Below, in pieces: positions 37,563-47,979 of a stretch of DNA of 64,000 nucleotides. This DNA is from Desulfosudaceae bacterium (lineage in GTDB: Bacteria; Desulfobacterota; Desulfobacteria; Desulfobacterales; Desulfosudaceae): NCBI GenBank assembly GCA_963674745.2, contig CAXXDV010000001.1, forward strand, positions 416,001-480,000, in the 5' to 3' direction. The notes beneath the pieces are model-generated. The model had not been told where the DNA came from. It saw only the letters and a program-made list of their open reading frames with translations, and ran no database searches. Position 1 is the stretch's first letter. Every line of letters begins with the position of its first letter. The translations under genes and the position numbers were made by a program.

Positions 37563-40337
37563 ATGATTTCCCACAGGAACATATCAATGATGGTGACAAT
37601 AATCCTCCTCCCTTTTTTCCTCTTTCACTGGATGCTTCCTTTTCTTTCGCATATCTATCCGGACCAGGACTATATGGCGATGTTTGCCCTGCTTCAGACA
37701 GAATATCTTTTTGCCCTGAAAACCGGCACCTTCCCTCTGAATATCGTATGGAGCCAGGTGCAAAATAATCAATGGGGCTGTGTTTTTAATCCTTTTTTAT
37801 ATATAGCGGAAATGGTGCCCGGCTTTTCAACCGGCAGATCGCTGGATTGTGTTCTTTTTCTGCAAATGGTCCTGCTGGGCATCACACACCTGGCGCTTTT
37901 CCGCCTTTTACGGAAAATGCTTTTCCCGGTTTCAATCGCGTTCTTTCTGTCACTAATCACGGTCTATTCACCAAGACTGTTGCTGAGTTTTTCCGTAGGC
38001 GGGGCAGCTCATGTGTGGACCACTTATATTTTGTTATGTGTCGCCATCGGCTTCTACGGTCTGGACCATTCCGGATACAGCGGTCCGTTAGCAATCATTG
38101 GCCTGTCGTACTTGCTTATCAGTTCCGGTTATACCCAGGAGACCTATTTTGCTCTGCTGGGGACGGGATTATTTACATTGTCTTTCCCCTTTCTGCTGAA
38201 TGCCATCTTGCCAGACAGACCTGCAACAGGGAAAACCATGGCATTTTTCTGGAGGCATACGGCTGTCTTCTGCCTGATCGGGACACTGCTCTCCGCAGCT
38301 TTTATCCTGCCGTTTATGCTTGACAATTTTAAAGAAGTGGCCCTGAGCAGTCAGGCTTATGAAAAAGCCTGCCAGTTTTCAAGCAGCCCCTCCGAATTGA
38401 TCAGCAACTTCTTCTCCCCCTTTCGCGCATCACCTTCCGGCCTGCTGGGCAGTTCCCCACTGTTGCTGGCAGCCATGATCATCCCGGTTTCAGTTTTATG
38501 CCGGGCCAGGATTCCCGTAATTATCTGGGTTCTCTGGGGGACATCCTGTTTTCTCATGATCTGCATGCTAGGTGACAACACCCCGGTTCATTATTATGTC
38601 TGGAAATATCTCCCCCTTTATTCCGCCACCCGCTATGTCAATCGTGTCTCCATGATATTGCCCGTCCTACTTATGCTGCTGCTGATATGGCTGTTTAAAA
38701 GCGTGCCTGCGAATCAGGTTTCTATAAAAACGATCAAAGCCTCCCCGCTTTCCGTGCTGACGACCGTTGCCTTGCTGGCAACAATCTTTTACGCTTGCTT
38801 CATGATCAAACCGGTTGAAACACTTCAACCGTCTTTAACCAGAATGAATCTTGAAATCATCCCCGGTTGGGTTGAACCATTGCTGCTGATTTCAGGGCTT
38901 GTGATTCTTGTTGTCGTGACTGTCCATGGATTGAGGACAAAACCTTCAGTCAAACAATGGACCGGTTTTGTTCTCTGCCTTTTGACCTGCCTGCAACTGG
39001 TCGTTTTTTTCCGATACGCCCCATTAACACGCAAGAAACTGGAAACAAGAGATATCAGGACCTTTACACAGTACAAAGAGCAGAAACGCCAACATACTGA
39101 TTTGTTTCTGGGTAATTATATCCTTGGTTTTGAAAAAATATTGTTCCCGGGATACGCCGTTCGCCAGTTGGAGAAGGCCGGACCGCAACCGCTGCTGGCA
39201 AAAATATATGAAAAACACATAAACGTGACAGATATTGAAGAAGCCTACCAGATTCTGAGTCGGGGCAAAAAAGAAGATGTGCTGGTGGTAGCGGGTTATC
39301 CGGGCGGAAATGACGTTAACGCGACATCCCCACCCGGGGAAGCGGACGTCATGCCAGCCAGTGTCCGGCTGACTTACAACTCCAGCAACCGGCTGGTTTT
39401 TGAAGCCCGGGCCAACAGTCCCTCGTTTTTCATGTTCGCCTATCATCGCACCGGGCACTGGCAGGCCTTTGTCAACGGGAAGTCAGCGGCCTCTTATTAC
39501 GCCGACGGTAACGCTCATGCCGTCAAAATTCCGGCCGGGAGAAGCACGGTTGAATTCCGGTACCGGAGCAGCGCCGCCTTTGCTGGAATGTTGATCAGCT
39601 GCCTGACGTTGGCCGGCATCGGTTTGTTTTACGGTGTTTTTCGCACACGCGGACCGGTCGGATATGCCCTGGCCGTAATGTCTCTGATCTGCGGCGGCAG
39701 CCTGTTCTGTCTCTGGTATTCCAGCTTGTATGCCGGAGAGAACCTGGGTACGCATTACCTGTGGCAGGCCCCTGACAGGAATGCGCCCCGTAACATGGCT
39801 TACGGGAAACCGGTCCGGGCATCCCTTCCGCCGTTCGGTCCGTTGAGGCTGAACCTAATGCACGATGCCCGGTTCGCCGTTGACGGCGGTCACTCTTTTG
39901 CTTCCTGCTTTTCAACCGGAACGCAAACGTCTCCCTGGCTGGAGATAGATCTCCTTCATCCCCAACCCGTCGGTTCCATCGTGCTTTACGCAGACCTTCA
40001 GGGCCTGGAAACGAACAATATTGTCTGGTATACTCAAGACAGTGTCAAAATTGCCCGGGAATATGACTTTCTAATATTTGAAAAATCACCCGTCGCCTTC
40101 AACCTGCCTCCGTTAACGATATCGGTATCTGCGGATCACACGCATTGGGAAACGACTCAACTGCATGGACTGATTAAGGGAAAACCGCTGACCATAAGGC
40201 CCCAAAATCCCCTCACGGCTCGATACATACGTATTACCGCCTCCGGAGAATGCCGGTTGTGTTTAAATGAAGTGGAAATCTATCCACCGGGATATGCCTC
40301 TGACAAAGAGCCCCTTGATTTATGCCCGGACAGATAA
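37563..40337 (+). CDS. YfhO-like multi-pass membrane protein (GT-C-like) with C-terminal discoidin/F5-8 type C domain
   Basis: About 13 hydrophobic segments, GHWQAFVNG...AVKIPAGRSTVEFRY, then N.AYGKP..AVDG..PWLEIDL..ARYIRI..EVEIY. Confidence 0.7.
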   Translation: MISHRNISMMVTIILLPFFLFHWMLPFLSHIYPDQDYMAMFALLQTEYLFALKTGTFPLNIVWSQVQNNQWGCVFNPFLYIAEMVPGFSTGRSLDCVLFLQMVLLGITHLALFRLLRKMLFPVSIAFFLSLITVYSPRLLLSFSVGGAAHVWTTYILLCVAIGFYGLDHSGYSGPLAIIGLSYLLISSGYTQETYFALLGTGLFTLSFPFLLNAILPDRPATGKTMAFFWRHTAVFCLIGTLLSAAFILPFMLDNFKEVALSSQAYEKACQFSSSPSELISNFFSPFRASPSGLLGSSPLLLAAMIIPVSVLCRARIPVIIWVLWGTSCFLMICMLGDNTPVHYYVWKYLPLYSATRYVNRVSMILPVLLMLLLIWLFKSVPANQVSIKTIKASPLSVLTTVALLATIFYACFMIKPVETLQPSLTRMNLEIIPGWVEPLLLISGLVILVVVTVHGLRTKPSVKQWTGFVLCLLTCLQLVVFFRYAPLTRKKLETRDIRTFTQYKEQKRQHTDLFLGNYILGFEKILFPGYAVRQLEKAGPQPLLAKIYEKHINVTDIEEAYQILSRGKKEDVLVVAGYPGGNDVNATSPPGEADVMPASVRLTYNSSNRLVFEARANSPSFFMFAYHRTGHWQAFVNGKSAASYYADGNAHAVKIPAGRSTVEFRYRSSAAFAGMLISCLTLAGIGLFYGVFRTRGPVGYALAVMSLICGGSLFCLWYSSLYAGENLGTHYLWQAPDRNAPRNMAYGKPVRASLPPFGPLRLNLMHDARFAVDGGHSFASCFSTGTQTSPWLEIDLLHPQPVGSIVLYADLQGLETNNIVWYTQDSVKIAREYDFLIFEKSPVAFNLPPLTISVSADHTHWETTQLHGLIKGKPLTIRPQNPLTARYIRITASGECRLCLNEVEIYPPGYASDKEPLDLCPDR

Positions 40338-40388
40338 AGAATGTTTTCAGACGGCATCACTTCCTTAATGTAAAAAATTCATTGTTGC

Positions 40389-42389
40389 TCAAATACCCAG
40401 CGCGGCCAGAAATCCGCCATGGATGGCGTGATTCATTTTTCCCGGTTTATCACCGTCACCGATGATGGCATAAGGAATGCCCAGTTTTTCGATTTTTTCG
40501 GAAACCCCCTTCACCGACCGGGACCCGGCCGCGTTGACAATATTGTCAAACTGACGTTGATGTTCCTGCCCCTCTTTTTTGAACGTGAGCAGGCCGTTTT
40601 TAATGGAAACGACCTCCGCCTCGGTGATGATGCTTACCCCGTATTTCTGAAGTTCGCTCATCAATACCCACTTGGTTGATTTACCCACGTCTTTTCCCGC
40701 TTTGGGCAGCATCTCAAATACCGTCACACGGGAGGTGCCCTTAAACATGAGTTCCCGCAGGCGATCGACATCCTCTGCCTCGTGGGCAAACAGGAAGTAG
40801 AGCACTTCCGGCGTAATGGTGCCTTTGGCCGCGACTTTCAGGGCGGTCTCAAGGCCCACTGCGCCTCCGCCGATAACGGCCACCTCGTCTCCCAGCAGGC
40901 AATCTTCTTTGAGGAGGTCCCAGGCGAATATCACGTCGGGATCGTCAATCCCATCAATCGGCGGCACCAACGGTTCCGCGCCTTCCGCCACAATCAGAAA
41001 ATCCGGTTGCGCTTCTTTTATCAGGCTGTCGTCGACCCGTTTTTTCAGATGCAGTTTAACATCATGTATTTTCAGCATGGACCGGTAATAATCAATCAGA
41101 CCGTACAGCTCTTTTTTGTGCGGCGGCGCGCCGGCAATCCAGACCTGCCCGCCGATGTCACCTTTTTGCTCATACAGGTCCACCTTGTGGCCGGCCTTGG
41201 CTGCCGTGACGGCCGCCTCGAGCCCGCCCAATCCCGCGCCAACCACCATGACATTTTTGGGTGTTTCGCATTTTTTAATTTTCCGGACGCCCTCGTATCC
41301 GGCCTGGGGGTTGGCCACACAGGTAACCGCCTGCCCGCTCATCACACTATCCATGCACCCTTGCAGGCAGGCGACACAGGGCCTGATCTCATCGGCCTTG
41401 TTTGATATGGCCTTGTTTGCCCAGTGGGGATCGGCGATCAGCCCGCGACCGATATTGACCATATCCGCATAACCTTCCCGGATAAGCTTTTCCGCCGCCG
41501 CCGGGGAGGTAATCCGGTTGGACGCCATGACCGGCACATTCACCTGTTTTTTAATATTATAGGCCAGAAAAGCAAAACCGGACTGTGGCAGACAGGCCGG
41601 CAACTGGGGCACATGGGTCTCGTGCCAGCCGCCGGTGACGCTGATGGCATCGATGCCCGCGGCTTCATAAACTTTGGCGAATTCTTTTGTCTCCACATCC
41701 GTATTACTACCGATCACGAAATCATTACCGGCCATACGGATGGTCAGCGGAAAATCCGGGCCCACACTTTTCCGGATGCGTTCGATGACTTCCCGGGGAA
41801 ACCGGACGCGGTTTTCAAAACTGCCGCCATAGTCGTCGGTTCGCTGATTTTTTAAAGGCGAAAGAAACTGGGTAATGAGGTACCCGCCGGAACCCAGGAT
41901 TTCAACACCGTCAAACCCCGCTTCCTGAACCCGGATCGCTGCTTTTACAAACGCATCCTGAACGGCCGCTATGTCTTCTGTGGTCATCTCACGCGGCATG
42001 GCTTTGGAATAGCGGGAAAATACGGCTGAAGGCGCGATCGGCGATTCACCATTCAACAACATGGGGTAAGAATAAGCCCCGGCGTGGAACAACTGTACCC
42101 AGGCCCGGGCGCCTTCGTCTTTAATAATAGCGGCCATTTTTTTAAAATCCGGAATGGCCTCGTCGGTATCGAGCATGGGAATGATGCCTCCGGAGCCGAT
42201 AAAATCGATGGCCACCGGCCCCAGGGTCACCAGGCCGGTGCCGCCGCGGGCTTTTTCCTGAAAGTAATCATAATAGCGGTCATTCAACTTTCCGTCATAG
42301 GAGTACAGCAGCCCCAGTGACGGATACGCCACCCGGTTTCTAATCTCCAGGTTGTTTATTTTTATGGGACTTAAAAGATTTTCATACAT
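40389..42389 (-). CDS. fadH: NADH:flavin oxidoreductase / 2,4-dienoyl-CoA reductase (FadH-like)
   Basis: QLFHAG, AGFDGVEI, YLITQFLSP..NQRTDDYGGSFENRVRF, CVACLQGC..CVAN, and two GxGxxG motifs. RBS supports a start at 42389. Confidence 0.85.
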   Translation of the reverse strand: MYENLLSPIKINNLEIRNRVAYPSLGLLYSYDGKLNDRYYDYFQEKARGGTGLVTLGPVAIDFIGSGGIIPMLDTDEAIPDFKKMAAIIKDEGARAWVQLFHAGAYSYPMLLNGESPIAPSAVFSRYSKAMPREMTTEDIAAVQDAFVKAAIRVQEAGFDGVEILGSGGYLITQFLSPLKNQRTDDYGGSFENRVRFPREVIERIRKSVGPDFPLTIRMAGNDFVIGSNTDVETKEFAKVYEAAGIDAISVTGGWHETHVPQLPACLPQSGFAFLAYNIKKQVNVPVMASNRITSPAAAEKLIREGYADMVNIGRGLIADPHWANKAISNKADEIRPCVACLQGCMDSVMSGQAVTCVANPQAGYEGVRKIKKCETPKNVMVVGAGLGGLEAAVTAAKAGHKVDLYEQKGDIGGQVWIAGAPPHKKELYGLIDYYRSMLKIHDVKLHLKKRVDDSLIKEAQPDFLIVAEGAEPLVPPIDGIDDPDVIFAWDLLKEDCLLGDEVAVIGGGAVGLETALKVAAKGTITPEVLYFLFAHEAEDVDRLRELMFKGTSRVTVFEMLPKAGKDVGKSTKWVLMSELQKYGVSIITEAEVVSIKNGLLTFKKEGQEHQRQFDNIVNAAGSRSVKGVSEKIEKLGIPYAIIGDGDKPGKMNHAIHGGFLAALGI

Positions 42390-42418
42390 GGCGTCTTTCC
42401 TCATGCAAAACGTTTTAA

Positions 42419-43570
42419 TTAGAACCCTTCGAGCTTGGCGATCACATCACTCATGACCTCGCTGGCCCCGCCGCCGATGGACAACAGTCGCGCATCCCGG
42501 TAAACCCTGGAAATTCGCATTTCATTCATAAACCCCATCCCGCCATACATCTGCAGGCACCCGTCCGTCACCTTGCTCAACAGGTTTCCGCCAAAAAGTT
42601 TGCCCATGGAAATTTCTTTCGAAACATCCTGGCCGGCCATTTTCATTCGTACGATATGATAGGTCAACTGACGAAGGCATTCAATTTCACTCAGCCATTC
42701 CACCAGCCGGTGACGCAACACCTGCTTTTTGATCAGGGGTTTGCCGAATACGATCCGACCTTTAATATATTCTACGGTTTCATCAATCACATCCCTGGCG
42801 CTGATGTAGGTCAGCGGAAGCACGGCAAACCGTTCGTGCTGAAACTGCATCATCTGGTGAATAAAGCCCTCGCCTTCAATCCCGATCAGGTTTTCCGCGG
42901 GTATGCGCATATCATCAAAATAGAGCTCCGCCGTATCACTGCTGCGCATGCCCATTTTATCCAGTTTTTTACTGACATTAAAACCGGGCAGATCGGTGGG
43001 GACCACAAACAGGCTGAAGGAATGATACCCGGGCGCATCGCTGGTGCGTGCCAGCAGCGTCAGAAAATCGGCCTGGGTGCCGTTGGTAATATAGGTTTTG
43101 GAGCCGTTTAATATATAAGAATCCCCGTCTTTTTGGGCTACTGTTTTGATGGCCGCCACATCAGAACCGGCATCCGGTTCGGTGACCGCAATGGCGGAAA
43201 CCATTTCCCCTTTGATGGCCGGCTTCAAATACGTTTCTTTGAGATATTCACTGCCGAACTCGTCTATTGCAGGTGTGGCCATGCTCATCTGAACGGCAAT
43301 GGCCATGGGAACACCACCGCAATGGATATGGGCCAGTTCTTCCATAACAACGGTCTCATACCAGTAATCCAGCCCTTCGCCCCCGTATTTCTCATCATAT
43401 CGAATGCCCAGAAACCCGAGGTCCCCCATTTTTTTAAACAGGTCATGCAAAGGGGCAATCCCTTTTTCCTCCCATTCATCCACGTAGGGATTAACCTCCT
43501 TGTTGACAAAAGCCCTGACCGCCTGACGCACCATTTCATGGTCTTTGTTAAAGTACATTTCACTGCCCAT
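42419..43570 (-). CDS. Acyl-CoA dehydrogenase (citronellyl-CoA dehydrogenase AtuD-like)
   Basis: VTEPDAGSDV, NGSKTYITNG, KMGMRSSDTAEL, FQHER, and YRDARLLSIGGG; next to atuA. Confidence 0.9.
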   Translation of the reverse strand: MGSEMYFNKDHEMVRQAVRAFVNKEVNPYVDEWEEKGIAPLHDLFKKMGDLGFLGIRYDEKYGGEGLDYWYETVVMEELAHIHCGGVPMAIAVQMSMATPAIDEFGSEYLKETYLKPAIKGEMVSAIAVTEPDAGSDVAAIKTVAQKDGDSYILNGSKTYITNGTQADFLTLLARTSDAPGYHSFSLFVVPTDLPGFNVSKKLDKMGMRSSDTAELYFDDMRIPAENLIGIEGEGFIHQMMQFQHERFAVLPLTYISARDVIDETVEYIKGRIVFGKPLIKKQVLRHRLVEWLSEIECLRQLTYHIVRMKMAGQDVSKEISMGKLFGGNLLSKVTDGCLQMYGGMGFMNEMRISRVYRDARLLSIGGGASEVMSDVIAKLEGF

Positions 43571-43612
43571 GCGTTACCCCCTTTTTTTAAGTACAATTAT
43601 CCGGTTGCAGCA

Positions 43613-45376
43613 TCACAAGATGGATTCCGGCGCCTCGATTATCTTTGCCCGCAGGTATTCCCCAAGGGTCTTGGCCTGGGGATCGTTTCGGACAGATGCC
43701 GCCACCCCTTCTCCCAGAACGCCTTTGATATAAAAATTAACGGCCAACAGGTTGGGCAGGTCATAGCGTTCGATGTCAAACTGTTTCATGTCCGGAAGCA
43801 GTTCTTTTAATTTCTCCACGGTCAGAAATTGATTTAAAAACGAATACGCCTCGATATTTTTGGCCCACACGCCGAGGTTGGCGTTTCCCCCTTTGTCTCC
43901 GGACCGGGTGGCAAACAACCGCCCGAAATGGATTTTTTTCAGGTTTTCCAGGGGGACATCCACCAGCTTTGTCTCTTTTGGCGAGATATCACCCGCATCA
44001 GGATAAGACCCGGTCGGCTTGACCGCAAACTCCCTTCCGTCCAGATAAACTTTCTGTTCGAGCCATTTATTGCTCACCAGTGTCGGCCAGTGTTGAAGCG
44101 CCGGGGTAGCGTCAGCCGGCGGGCTGGTCATGGTAAACCCGGGAATACTGGACAGTGCCATTTCCACCAGCTTGGCCGAAAACAGCTTGCCCACTTTTTT
44201 CTGGTCCGGATCGATGAGCGAAATTTTCAAATGGGCACAGGCTTCATCAATGTGTGTCGGATCCTCCCGGTCAATCCGGATCAACTGAACAGCAGCAACG
44301 GCAAATTGGTCTTTTCCGCCCAGCAGGTCAAAAATGGTGTCTTCCACGATTTGCGCTTTTTTCTCAATGTCCAGGCCGGTCAGCACCACGGTCATGGAAT
44401 TTCTGTATCCAAAAAGGTTATTTATGCATACCTTGGCGGAATCCGTGGGGGGCTGTCCTTTAACACCTTCGATCAGCACCCGGTCTGAACCCTGCTGGAA
44501 AATATTAATAGTATCAAAACGCGCTTTTACATCCGGTGTCAGGTAGGCCGGTTCCCGAATTTCATACAGCAGCTGGGCCGTTACCGTGCCGACCGACACC
44601 AGGCCCCCGGTGTTGGGGTGCTTGGTAATGACAAAGGATCCATCCGCATGCACTTCCGCCATGGGATATCCCACGTTTTTAAAACTGGGGACTTCTTCAA
44701 TAAAAGAATAGTTACCGCCCGTGGCCTGGGCACCGCATTCAATAATATGCCCGGCCACATAGGCACCGGCCAGTCTGTCCCAGTCATCTTCCCGCCATCC
44801 GAACTTCCAGGCGGCCGGTCCGGATACCAGGGCCGCATCCGCCAGACGGCCGCCGATGACGATATCCGCGCCTTCATTCAGGGCCCGGGTGACGCCCCAC
44901 CCGCCCAGATAAGCATTGGCGGTAATCGGTATGGCGCCCGCGTCCTTGAGACTGATGCCTTTATCCAGGTGTGTGAATGTTTCGCCCTGGGCCTGCAGGT
45001 CCTCAATCCGGGGCAGCAAATCATCACCTTCAATATAGGCGATTTTAGGATGAAGGCCGAGCTCCCGGGCCGCCTTTTCCAGCTCCGCGGCCAGGCCTCT
45101 GGGATTCAAGCCGCCGGCATTGGCCACGATTTTGATGTTTTTATCCATGCACGGTCCCATCACGTCGTTCATCTGCTTGAGAAACGTGGTGGCATATCCT
45201 TTTTCCGGTGCTTTCATTTTCATTCGGAAAAGCAATGCCATGGTCAGTTCCGCAAGGTAATCGCCGGTGAGCACATGGATCTCGCCGCCTTCCACAAGTT
45301 CTTTGGCCGCTGACAACTTGTCGCCCAAATAACCGCTGCAGTTTGCAATAATGAGTTTCTCCTGAGGTGCCATCAT
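43613..45376 (-). CDS. atuA: Acyclic terpene utilization AtuA family protein
   Basis: ANCSGYLGD, DYLAELTM, ANAYLG, GHIIECGAQATGGN, QLLYEI, RSGDKGGNAN, and DPQAK. RBS AAGGAG supports a start at 45376. Confidence 0.92.
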   Translation of the reverse strand: MMAPQEKLIIANCSGYLGDKLSAAKELVEGGEIHVLTGDYLAELTMALLFRMKMKAPEKGYATTFLKQMNDVMGPCMDKNIKIVANAGGLNPRGLAAELEKAARELGLHPKIAYIEGDDLLPRIEDLQAQGETFTHLDKGISLKDAGAIPITANAYLGGWGVTRALNEGADIVIGGRLADAALVSGPAAWKFGWREDDWDRLAGAYVAGHIIECGAQATGGNYSFIEEVPSFKNVGYPMAEVHADGSFVITKHPNTGGLVSVGTVTAQLLYEIREPAYLTPDVKARFDTINIFQQGSDRVLIEGVKGQPPTDSAKVCINNLFGYRNSMTVVLTGLDIEKKAQIVEDTIFDLLGGKDQFAVAAVQLIRIDREDPTHIDEACAHLKISLIDPDQKKVGKLFSAKLVEMALSSIPGFTMTSPPADATPALQHWPTLVSNKWLEQKVYLDGREFAVKPTGSYPDAGDISPKETKLVDVPLENLKKIHFGRLFATRSGDKGGNANLGVWAKNIEAYSFLNQFLTVEKLKELLPDMKQFDIERYDLPNLLAVNFYIKGVLGEGVAASVRNDPQAKTLGEYLRAKIIEAPESIL

Positions 45377-45460
45377 GTATTCTCCTTTGTGTGTCGGGCT
45401 CATTGCTCTTTTCGTGCCGTAAAAAACCTTGTACGGTCAAAGATGTCTTTTAAAAAACTA

Positions 45461-45589
45461 TTCATTTTCCGTGCCAGCGGATGCACCCAGCACAACAGCT
45501 TAAAATTAAAGATGTTTTTTTTAAAAAAACGATTGACATTGTTTCATTCTTTTGAAACTGTTGCAACAGCGTTGCGATAGTTGCAACGC
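45461..45589 (-). promoter_or_regulatory. Candidate sigma-54 promoter of atuA with upstream activator palindromes
   Basis: Minus strand TGGCACGGAAAATGAA (45476-45461; -12 reads GA rather than GC). Palindromes GTTTCA-N6-TGAAAC, CTGTTGCAACAG and GCGTTGC-N7-GCAACGC lie at 45541-45589. Confidence 0.5.
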
Positions 45590-45635
45590 ATTCAGCATCA
45601 CAACCCATGCACATTGTTTAACGGAGAAGATACAA

Positions 45636-47033
45636 ATGACATCCCGCCAGGACATCATGCACGCCCCAAGCTACCCGGAAATGAAACAGATGCTGGATTG
45701 CCTTAAAATCAGCTACTGGCTCGTGGACCTGGATTTTACCCTGCTCGACGTGAACGAGACCTTTCTGGAGTGGACGGGTGCCAGCCGGGAAAAGCTGGTC
45801 GGCCGCAATATGCTGACCCTGGTTTCACCCGAAGAAGCCGCCTATTTCCGGGAACAGGTCAAACAGATTCAGCACAAGGACAGTGCCGAATATGAATTTT
45901 ACGTTTACGGTCCGGAAAACAAGGAAAAAATCCCGGTCATGTTTTACATGATGGTCAATCGTAACAACAACGGGCAACCGGTTTCCTGCAATGTGGTCAT
46001 ATCCGATATCAGGGCTCAGAAAAGCCTTGAGGAAAAAGAGCGGGAACTCTTTCATGCCCGGCGAAAAATCCGCCAGGACGCCCTGCGCACCCACATGATC
46101 GGCACCGGCAGGGCCATGGAGACCGTGTTTTATGCCATCATGCGTTGCGCCGAAGTGGATTCGCCGGTTTTGGTCACCGGTGAGACCGGTGTCGGCAAAG
46201 AAGTGGCCGCCCGGGAGATTCATGCCCACAGTGAACGTCGCGACAAACCCTTTGTGGCGGTCAATTGCGGGGCATTGCCGGGAGAGTTGTTGGAAACGGA
46301 ATTGTTCGGGCATGTAAAAGGCGCGTTTACGGGAGCCACCACGGACCGGTTGGGACTGTTCCGTGAGGCGGCGGGCGGAACCCTTTTTCTCGATGAAATC
46401 GGTGACATGGAAAAACGGCTGCAGGTCAAACTGTTACGCGCCATTCAGGAAAACGAGGTCCGTCCGGTGGGGGATGACCGAAGCTATAAAGTGGACCTGC
46501 GGCTGATCTGCGCCACCAACCAGAATCTCCGCCAGCGTGCGGAGACCGGGGCCTTCCGGCTTGACCTGTTTTACCGGATTTCGGTCATACCGATTTATAT
46601 TCCGCCGCTGCGGGAACGAACCGAAGACATCATTAAACTGGCGGAATACTTTAACCGCAAGCACCCCAAACATATGCAATTTTCCGCCATCTCGTCGGAG
46701 GCGCGTCAACTGCTCTATCGCTATCACTGGCCGGGCAACATACGGGAACTACAAAACGCCATTGAACACGCACTGGTGATGAGCAAGGAAAGGATACTCC
46801 AACCCGAGGCCCTGCCCGAACAAATTCAGCGGCATGAAAGATCGTCTGATACCGGGAAGACCGTTCGAACAGGTGCAACGTTAAACCACAGACGCGACAA
46901 GCACGAATTCGACAAAAGAAAAATTATCAATGCCCTGAAAAAACATAATGGCAACCAGACAGCGGCGGCAAAGGATCTCGGGATTTCCCGGGTGACCCTA
47001 TGGCGCAAAAAAACCATGTACGGGATTGACTAA
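45636..47033 (+). CDS. PAS-domain sigma-54-dependent transcriptional activator (Fis-type HTH)
   Basis: [36 protein letters not shown], and [15 protein letters not shown]. Confidence 0.93.
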   Translation: MTSRQDIMHAPSYPEMKQMLDCLKISYWLVDLDFTLLDVNETFLEWTGASREKLVGRNMLTLVSPEEAAYFREQVKQIQHKDSAEYEFYVYGPENKEKIPVMFYMMVNRNNNGQPVSCNVVISDIRAQKSLEEKERELFHARRKIRQDALRTHMIGTGRAMETVFYAIMRCAEVDSPVLVTGETGVGKEVAAREIHAHSERRDKPFVAVNCGALPGELLETELFGHVKGAFTGATTDRLGLFREAAGGTLFLDEIGDMEKRLQVKLLRAIQENEVRPVGDDRSYKVDLRLICATNQNLRQRAETGAFRLDLFYRISVIPIYIPPLRERTEDIIKLAEYFNRKHPKHMQFSAISSEARQLLYRYHWPGNIRELQNAIEHALVMSKERILQPEALPEQIQRHERSSDTGKTVRTGATLNHRRDKHEFDKRKIINALKKHNGNQTAAAKDLGISRVTLWRKKTMYGID

Positions 47034-47149
47034 AAAACGGGCTCGACCATAAGAAATCTGGATTTAAGGAATCTTTTCAGTTTTAATCTATACAGCGAAA
47101 GAATTCTAAAACCGTCAATAACCATAAAGAAGATAAGCGGGGTGCTGAT

Positions 47150-47977
47150 TTGAAAAAACTGGATAAAAAAGTGGCGGTCGTCACCGGCGCCGCCATGGGA
47201 ATGGGAAAATGCATCGCCGGCATGCTGCTTTCTGAAGGATGCGCGGTAGCCCTGCTGGATGTCAACGAAACATTGCTTTCAGAAACCCGGGAGGACCTGT
47301 CCGAACTGGGGACATGCCAGGCTTTCGTCTGTGATGTATCTGATCGTGGCGCGGTCTACGAGACAGCCTCAAAAATTCGAAACGAAATGGGCCGGGTTGC
47401 TGTTCTGGTAAACAATGCCGGTATTGTAAAAGCCGGTGATTTACAGCAACTGGAAGATGAAACCATCGAAAAAATTCTGAATGTCAATCTGACTGCCGTG
47501 TTCTGGACCTGCAAGGCCTTTCTGCCGGACATGATCGACCAGGGGCAGGGACATATCGTGAACATGGCTTCTGCCGGCGGGATACTGGCCATACCAGGCC
47601 TGACGGCTTATTGTGCCAGCAAATTCGGGGTCATCGGATTTTCAGACGCATTGCGCCAGGAAATGGCCAAACACCAGGCCCATATCGGGGTGACCTTTGT
47701 CTGTCCCAACACGGTCAACACCGGCATGTTTGACGGTTCTAAAATGGTTACCGGCACATCCCTGCTTTCGGCGGAAAACGTCGCCGCACAGGTGATTAAA
47801 GCCATCAAAAAGAACCGTGCCATGGTGGCGGTTCCCAATGTCCCCGTAAAATTTCTGACCCCACTGACAAAGCTCATCATGCCGATCAAACTTATGGACC
47901 TGATGAACCGGGCGCTGGGTATGTGGACAGCCAATGATACATGGACCGGCCGGACGGCTGAAAAGAAAGGGGTGTAA
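47150..47977 (+). CDS. Short-chain dehydrogenase/reductase
   Basis: TGAAMGMG, NNAG, and YCASK. Confidence 0.92.
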   Translation: MKKLDKKVAVVTGAAMGMGKCIAGMLLSEGCAVALLDVNETLLSETREDLSELGTCQAFVCDVSDRGAVYETASKIRNEMGRVAVLVNNAGIVKAGDLQQLEDETIEKILNVNLTAVFWTCKAFLPDMIDQGQGHIVNMASAGGILAIPGLTAYCASKFGVIGFSDALRQEMAKHQAHIGVTFVCPNTVNTGMFDGSKMVTGTSLLSAENVAAQVIKAIKKNRAMVAVPNVPVKFLTPLTKLIMPIKLMDLMNRALGMWTANDTWTGRTAEKKGV

Positions 47978-47979
47978 AC

